Assembly (NCBI RefSeq): GCF_009914755.1
Contig: NC_060931.1
From: the human T2T-CHM13v2.0 reference genome, Homo sapiens
DNA length: 64,000 nt
Reading direction: 5' to 3' (one strand)
Numbering within the stretch: position 1 is the first letter of the stretch; each line of letters opens with the position of its first letter. Positions 57,284 through 64,000 of the stretch are shown one piece after another. A program made the position numbers and the translations under genes. The notes under the pieces were generated by a model, which saw only the letters and a list, made by a program, of their open reading frames with translations, was not told where the DNA came from and did no database searches.

Positions 57284-57642
57284 TGTATTAGTCTGTTCTC
57301 ATGCTGCTAATAAAGACATACCTGAAACTGGGTAATTTATAAAGAAAAGAGGTTTAATTGACTCAAAGTTCCAAATGGCTGGCCTCACAATTATGGCTGA
57401 AGGTGAGTGAGGAACAAAGTCATGTCTTACATGGCGGCAGGCAAGAGGGCATGTTCAGGAGAACTCCCCTTTGTAAAACCATCAGATCTCATGAAACTTA
57501 TTCACTATCACAAGAATAGCACAAGAAAGACCCACCCCTATGATTCAATTGCCTCCCACCAGGACCCTCCCATGACACAAGGGAATGATGGAAGCTACAA
57601 TTCAAGATGAGCTTTGGGTGAGGACACAGCCAAACAATATCA
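57284..57642 (-). mobile_element. THE1 solo LTR nested in L1MA; TSD CTGAC
   Basis: tgtattagtctgttctcatgctgc...gacacagccaaacaatatca. CTGAC at 57279-57283 and 57643-57647. Confidence 0.9.
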
Positions 57643-58919
57643 CTGACAAAAACCATAAAAAGAGTAAAAGAAGGTCATTATATAATGATAAAGGGGTCAA
57701 TTCATCAAGAAGATAGAGCAATTATATATGATACAGCACTTGTAAATATATATGCACCTAAAAATATATGCATCCAGATATAAAAAGCAAATACTATCAG
57801 AGATAAAGAGAGAGAGAGAAAATGCAATATAATAATAGCTGGTGATTTAACACCCCACTTTCAGCATTGACAGATCATCCAGACAGAAAATTAACAGAGA
57901 AACTATGGACTTAATTTGCACTATAGAACAAATGGACCTAGTGGATATCTACAGAACACTTCATCCAATGGCTGCAGAATACACATTCTCCTCAGCACAT
58001 AGATCATTATCAGGGATAGACCACATGTTAGGTCACAAAACAAGTCTTAAAACATTAAAAAATTACAATAATATCAAGCATCTTCTCTGAGCACAATGGA
58101 ATAAAACTAGAAATCAATAACAAGAGGAATTTTGGAAATGATACAGATATGTGGAAATTAAACAATATGCTCCTGAATGACCAGTGCATTAATTAATAAA
58201 TTAAAAATGAAATTTAAAATTTCTTGAAACAAATGGCAATGGAACCACAATATAACAAAACCTTGGGATACAGCAAAAGTTGTGCTAAGAGGAAACTTTA
58301 TAGCTATACATGTCTACATCAAAAAAGTAGAAAAAACTTCAAATAAACAGCCTAACAATGCATCTTAAAGAACTAGAAAAGCAAGACCAAATCAAACCCA
58401 AGATTAGTAGAAGAAAAGAAATAATAAAGATCAGAGCAGAGATAAATGAAAAAAAGTACAAAACACCAATGAAATGAAAAGTTGGTTGTTAGAAAAGATA
58501 AAATTGACAAATCTTTAGCCAGACTAACTAAGAAAAATAGAGAGAAGACCCAAATAAATAAAATGAGAAGAAAAAAGAAGACATTACAACTGATGTCACA
58601 GAAATTCAAAGGATCATTAGAGGCTACTATGAGCAATTATATGCCAATAAATTGAAAACCTAGAAGAAAATGATAAATTCCTAGACACATACATCTTACC
58701 AAGATTGATCTATGAAGAAATTCAAAACCTGAATTGACTAATACAAGTAACAAGATTGAAGCCACAATAATATGCCTCCCAGCAAAGAAAAGCCTGGGAC
58801 CTGATGGCTTTACTGCTGAATTTTACCAAACATTTAAAGAAGAAATAATACCAACCCTATTGAAACTATTCCAATAAATAGAGGAGGAGGAGATACTTCC
58901 AAACTCTTTCTACAAGGCC

Positions 58920-59282
58920 AGTATTAGTCTATTTTCATACTGCTATAAGAAATACTGAAGATTGGGTAATTTATAAAGAAAAAGAGGTTTAAAGAACTCA
59001 CAGTTCCACATGACTGGGGAGGCCTCACAATCATGGCAGAAGGCAAAGGAGGAGCAAAGTCATGTCTTACATGGCAGCAGGCAAGAGAGTGTGTGCAGGG
59101 AACCTGCCCTTTATAAAACCATCAGGTCTCATGAGATTTATTCACTATGATGAGAATAGCACAGTAAAAACCTGCCCCCATGATTCAATTACCTCCCACT
59201 CAGTCCTTCCCACAACAAGTTGGGATAATGGGAGCTACAATTCAAGATGAGATTTGGGTGGGGACACAGCCAAACTATATCA
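58920..59282 (-). mobile_element. THE1B-like solo LTR nested in L1MA
   Basis: gtattagtctattttcatactgct...ggggacacagccaaactatatca. Confidence 0.88.
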
Positions 59283-61219
59283 ATTGCACTCATACCAAAA
59301 CTAGGTAAAGACATACCAAGACAAACAACAACAAAAAAACTACATGCCAATATCCTTGATGAACATTGATGTGAAAATCCTCAGTAAAATACTAGCATAC
59401 CAAATTCAATAACACATTTAAAAAATCATTTTTTATGACCAAGTGGGATTTATCCCTGGGATGCAAGTATGGTTCAACATACACAAATCCATCAATGTGA
59501 TACATCATCTCAACAGAATGAAGGACAAAAAATCATATGATCATTTTAACTGATGCACAAAAAGCATTTGATAAAATTCAACATCCCTTCATGATTTAAA
59601 AAAACTCTCAAAAAAGTGGTTATAGAAGGAACATATGTCAACCCAACAAAAGCCATATGCACAATATCCGCAGCTAGTCTTATACTGAATGGGGAAATAC
59701 TGAAAGCCTTTCCTCTAAGATCTGCAACACAAAGATGCCCACTTTCACCACTGTTATTCAGCATAGTACTGGAAGTCCTAGCTAGAACAATTAGAGAAGA
59801 CAAAGAAATAAAGAGTGTTTACATTGAAAAGGAAGAAGTCAAATTATCCTTATTTGCAGATGATATGATCTTATATTTGGAAAAAGAAATGAAAGACTCC
59901 ACAAGAAAACTATTGGAACTGATAAACAAATTCATTAAAGTTGCAAGATACAAAAACAACATACAAAAATCAGTAACATTTCTAGATGCTAACACTGACC
60001 AATCTGAAAAAGAAATCAAGAAAGCAATCCCACTTACAGTAACCACAAATAAAATTAAATACCTAGGAATTAACCAAAGAACTGAAAGATTTCTATATTG
60101 AAAACTATAAAACATTGATGCAAGAAATTGAAGAGGACACAAAAAATGTGAAGATGTTTCATGTTCATGGATTGGAAGAATCAGTATTGCCAAAATGTCC
60201 ACACTACCCAAAACGATCTAAAGATTCAGTGCAATCTCTATCAAAATACCAATGGCATTCTTCACAGAGATAGAATAAACAATCCCAAAATTTATATAAA
60301 ACCACAAAAGACCCAGAATAGCCATAGCTATCCTAAGCAAAAAGAACAAAATTGGAGGAATCATATTACCTGATTTCAAATTATACTACAGAGCTACAGT
60401 AACCAAAACAGCATGATACTGGCATAAAAACAGACACATAGATCAATGGAAAAGAATAGAGAACTTACAGATAAATACATGTATGTTCAGTGAACTCATT
60501 TTCAACAAAGGTGCCAAGAACATGAATTGGAGAAAAGACAGTCTGTTCAATGTATGTGCTGGGAAACCTGGATATCCATATGCAGAAGAATGATACTGAA
60601 CCCTAAATCTAAGATTTCAAAATGTGAAATTACTAGAAGAAAACATTGAGAAAACTCTCCAGAACATTGGTCTGGGTAATGATTTCTTAAGTAATATTCC
60701 ACAAGCACAGGCAATCAAAGCAAAAATGGACAAATGGTATCACATCAAGGTAAAAAGCTTCTGCACAGCAAAGGAAACAATCAACAAAGTGAAGAGAGAA
60801 TCCACAGAATGGGAGAAAATATTTGCAAACTATCCCTCTGACAAGGGATTAATAAACAGAACAGATAAGGAGCTCAAACAACTCTATGGGAAAAATAGAA
60901 TAATTTAGTTAAAAAGTAGTCAAAATATCTCGGTAGACATTTCTCAAAAGAAGACATACAAATGGCAAACAGGTATATGAAAATGTGCTCAACACCACTG
61001 ATTATCAGAGAGATGAAAATCAAAACTACTGTGAGATATCATCTCACCTCAATTATAATGGTTTTCATTCAAAGACAGGCAATAATGGATGCTGGTGAGG
61101 ATATGCAGAAAGGGGAATGCTTGCACCCTGTTGGTGGGAATGTAAATTAGTAAAAGCACTATGGAGAACAATTTAGAGGTGCCTCAGAAACTAAAAATAG
61201 AACTGCCATATGATCCAGC

Positions 61220-61582
61220 TGATATGGTTTGGCTGTGTTCCCATCCAAATCTCATCTTGAATTGTAGCTCCCATAATTCCCTTGTGTTGTGGAAGGGACC
61301 AGTGGGAGATAATTGAATCATGGGGGTGGTTTCCCCTACACTGTTCTTGTGGCAGTAAATAAGTCTCACAAGATCTGATGGTTTTATAAGGAGAAACCCT
61401 TTTTCTTGGCTCTCATTCGCTTCTCTTGTCTGCTGCCATGTGAGACTGCTTTTTGCCTTCTGCCATGATTGTGAGGCCTCCCCAGCCACGTGAAACCGTG
61501 AGTTCATTAAACCTCTTTTTCTTTTGCAAGTTGCCCAGTCTCGAGTATGTCTATATTAGCAGTGTGAAAACGGACTAATAGA
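61220..61582 (+). mobile_element. THE1 solo LTR nested in L1MA
   Basis: tgatatggtttggctgtgttccc...agcagtgtgaaaacggactaata. Confidence 0.9.
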
Positions 61583-63554
61583 CAAGTAATCCCATTTCTA
61601 GGTATATACCCAAAAGAAAGCAAGTTAGTATATAGAAGAGATATCTACACCCTCATGTTAATTGCAGCACTATTCACAATGGCCAAGATTTGGAAGCAAC
61701 CTAAGTGTCCATCAACAGATGAATGGATAAAGAAAAGGTTGTACTTATACATAGTGGAGTACTATTCAGCCATCAAAAAGAATGAGCTCCTGTCATTTGC
61801 AACAATATGGATGGATCTGGAAGACATTATGTTAAGTGAAATAAGCCAGGCACGGAAAGACAGCCTTCACATGTTCTCCCTTATTTGTGGTAGCTAAAAA
61901 TTAAAACCATTGAACTCATGGAGATGGAGAGTAGAATGACGGTTACTTGAGTCTGGGAAGGGTAGTGATAGGGCTGGAGGGAAGTGGGGATGGTTAATGA
62001 CCATAAAAATATAGTAGATAAAATGAATAAGAGCTAGTATCTGATGGCACAATGGGGTGACTACCATCAGCAATAATTTGTTGTACATTTCAAAATAACC
62101 AAAGAGTATAATTGAATTGTTTATAATACAAAGAATGATAAATGTTTGAAGTGATGATTACTGCATTTACCCTGATGTGATTATTACACAATGTATGCCT
62201 GTATCAAAATATCTCATGTACCCCGTAAATATATGCACCGACTTTATACCTACAATATTTTTCTAATGTACCCTATTCTAAAAAAAATACTATGCAAAGC
62301 AAAAATGTAAAACAAAAATGAAGGACAGCCAGTATTTCTACCTGTATCCTGTCTCTATTTTAAATAAAACCACAAGAAAAAAGATATAACCACAGGAAAT
62401 CAATCAATATTCACATAACTTATTATTAGTTGAAGTCTCTACCAGGAAGTATTGCAAACATTTCCATGATAAATTTTGTCATGTTTCTCATGGCTCATAA
62501 ATTTCCCTTTCTATTTAAAAATTCCACCGTTTCATATACATTTAAGTATAAAGTAAGCCAATTATAGTGAAGTTATAAATCTATTGTACTAGCTATAGAT
62601 ACAGAAATATGCACTAGGTTCACCAAGTCATGAACGGGAAATGTCTAATAAAATAATTCAAAATAGTGACATATCTCCTGCTAGTTTCTTCTAACTTTCA
62701 GCTCAGTCTTGTCTGAAACAGTATTCACATATAAATAGGCTAATGGATGCTTCATTACACTATTCCCTAAAGTGCCTAAGTCTCAAATCTGATTCCTAGT
62801 TGGAAAACAAAGCAAATCCTCAAGAGAGGCAAGGCCTACTGACTCAATATTTATTCATGATTCCTACTTTTATCTGATTTCCAGTTATTGAATACAAATG
62901 TACTCTCAGCTTCTGTATTTCTTATATATATTATTCTCCTTTTTATATTTTAGGATAATGCTTATATTGTTTTTATTGTTTTTGTTTAATAATAAAATTT
63001 TAATGTATTCAGTATATCTTTAGTTACAACTTTAACACCATTCCATAGACCTTTATAGGTAGTGATTTTATTAATATTCTTTTCTGGGTAATTGCTAATT
63101 TTTATTTCCTGTTTGTCCCTACTGTTACTGAGAATAATCATTTTCAGTGTTTGAGTGATTCATCTTTTCTAATATTTCTTTATAATGACTTTGTATGTTT
63201 TCTGCATTGTTGTCAGAGATTGCAGCCCTTACAGTGTCTTATAAGTTTGACAGATGCAATATTTGTTCTCTGTCCATAGGGCACAAAGTCTGATTTAGTT
63301 TTTTAAACTAACATAATCATCTTATTCATATCCCATATATTATTACATAATATCACTTAAAGTCTCAATTTCAGTTGAGTCCTAAATACCTTTCTTAAGG
63401 CTAAGAGCAATGGCTTAGGTGCCAAGCATCATCCTTAAATGGCAATTCGAGGGGCTGGATGGCCTAGATGATAAATATGAGGAGAATATAAAGCCAGTTC
63501 TTCCAACATCAGCAGGTCACTCTGGATTGGATTTGCTGCAAATTAATGAAGATT

Positions 63555-63990
63555 AATCTTCAGGGCCTCTTCTCTTGCACAGGGCCCTTTCTAGACAATA
63601 AATAATGTTAATTAAAAGAGTATTTAATATTACTGAACCAGAAAACTTGAAACATCCTGAGATTTTATAACTCAAATATGAAAAAAACTTAATAGTAATT
63701 TTTGCATGTTACAATAATTTGTAAGAATAAGAATCCCAAAAATTTATATGGCAGTTCCAATAGAGATGTATAAAGGTAGAAACAACTTCTAAACTAATAA
63801 AAAATGTAATAAACCATGCCAGAGCAAAAATTGAAATACCTTCCTATTACGTGTATTGAAAAATCACATTTCTTGCACATGTACCTCTGAACCTAAAACA
63901 AAAGTTGAAGAAAATCATATTTCTAAATCACTGGAATATGAAGAGGAGATCAATGAATAGACGGCCAAAAGTTATATGGCTTTAGAGGTA
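63555..63990 (+). mobile_element. Decayed hAT (Tip100/Zaphod-like) DNA transposon fragment
   Basis: acttctaaactaataaaaaa...accatgccagagcaaaaattgaaatacc...tatgaagaggagatcaatgaa resembles the hAT C-terminal dimerisation coding region. Confidence 0.45.
63874..63910 (+). mobile_element. 37-bp L1PA 3'-terminal micro-insertion with 14-bp TSD
   Basis: tgcacatgtacctctgaacctaaaacaaaagttgaag lies between AAAATCACATTTCT (63860-63873) and AAAATCATATTTCT (63911-63924). Confidence 0.75.
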
Positions 63991-64000
63991 TGTCAGGCAG

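Larger units (their letters stand above)
52907..62281 (+). mobile_element. Near full-length ancient L1MA (MA2/MA3-like) with 5' UTR, decayed ORF1 and ORF2, and 3' UTR
   Basis: Starts gaggagatggaacaagatggcc and contains the RT motif LFADDMILY (ORF 59616..60101) and an L1MA 3' UTR. Diverged TSD AAAAAGTACTATACA (52892-52906) / AAAAAATACTATGCA (62282-62296). Confidence 0.85.

Noticed and set aside
59616-60101. 161-aa reverse-transcriptase ORF (FADD motif)
   Set aside because: Part of the dead L1MA ORF2, with flanking stops, frameshifts and LTR insertions.
63050-63442. Two perfect CArG boxes (CCTTTATAGG 63050-63059, CCTTAAATGG 63433-63442)
   Set aside because: Very AT-rich, repeat-derived context with no supporting motifs; consistent with chance.

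Overview
Human (primate) genomic DNA from the TES (testin, LIM-domain focal-adhesion protein) locus, which maps to 7q31.2 in the FRA7G region. The window starts inside intron 2 and contains coding exons 3-7 on the + strand: 12003-12255, 13144-13479, 14743-14958, 15301-15459 and 20281-20469. These encode the end of the Cys-rich region, the PET domain and three LIM domains. A ~1.3 kb 3' UTR ends near 21770, followed by ~42 kb of repeat-rich intergenic DNA. Almost all other ORFs in the track are chance ORFs or decayed Alu/L1/LTR sequence. I found no evidence of a new gene or a new multi-component system. The best leads are: (1) a possible intronic-polyadenylation TES isoform lacking LIM3; (2) a 5'-inverted L1 carrying a 211-bp templated self-duplication; (3) a tailless 79-bp Alu 5' fragment with a 23-bp target-site duplication (TSD); (4) a full-length ancient L1MA with recognisable TSDs and four nested younger elements; (5) a complete THE1 provirus in intron 2; and (6) several candidate enhancer motif clusters. 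Repeat subfamily names come from recalled consensus sequences and need RepeatMasker confirmation.
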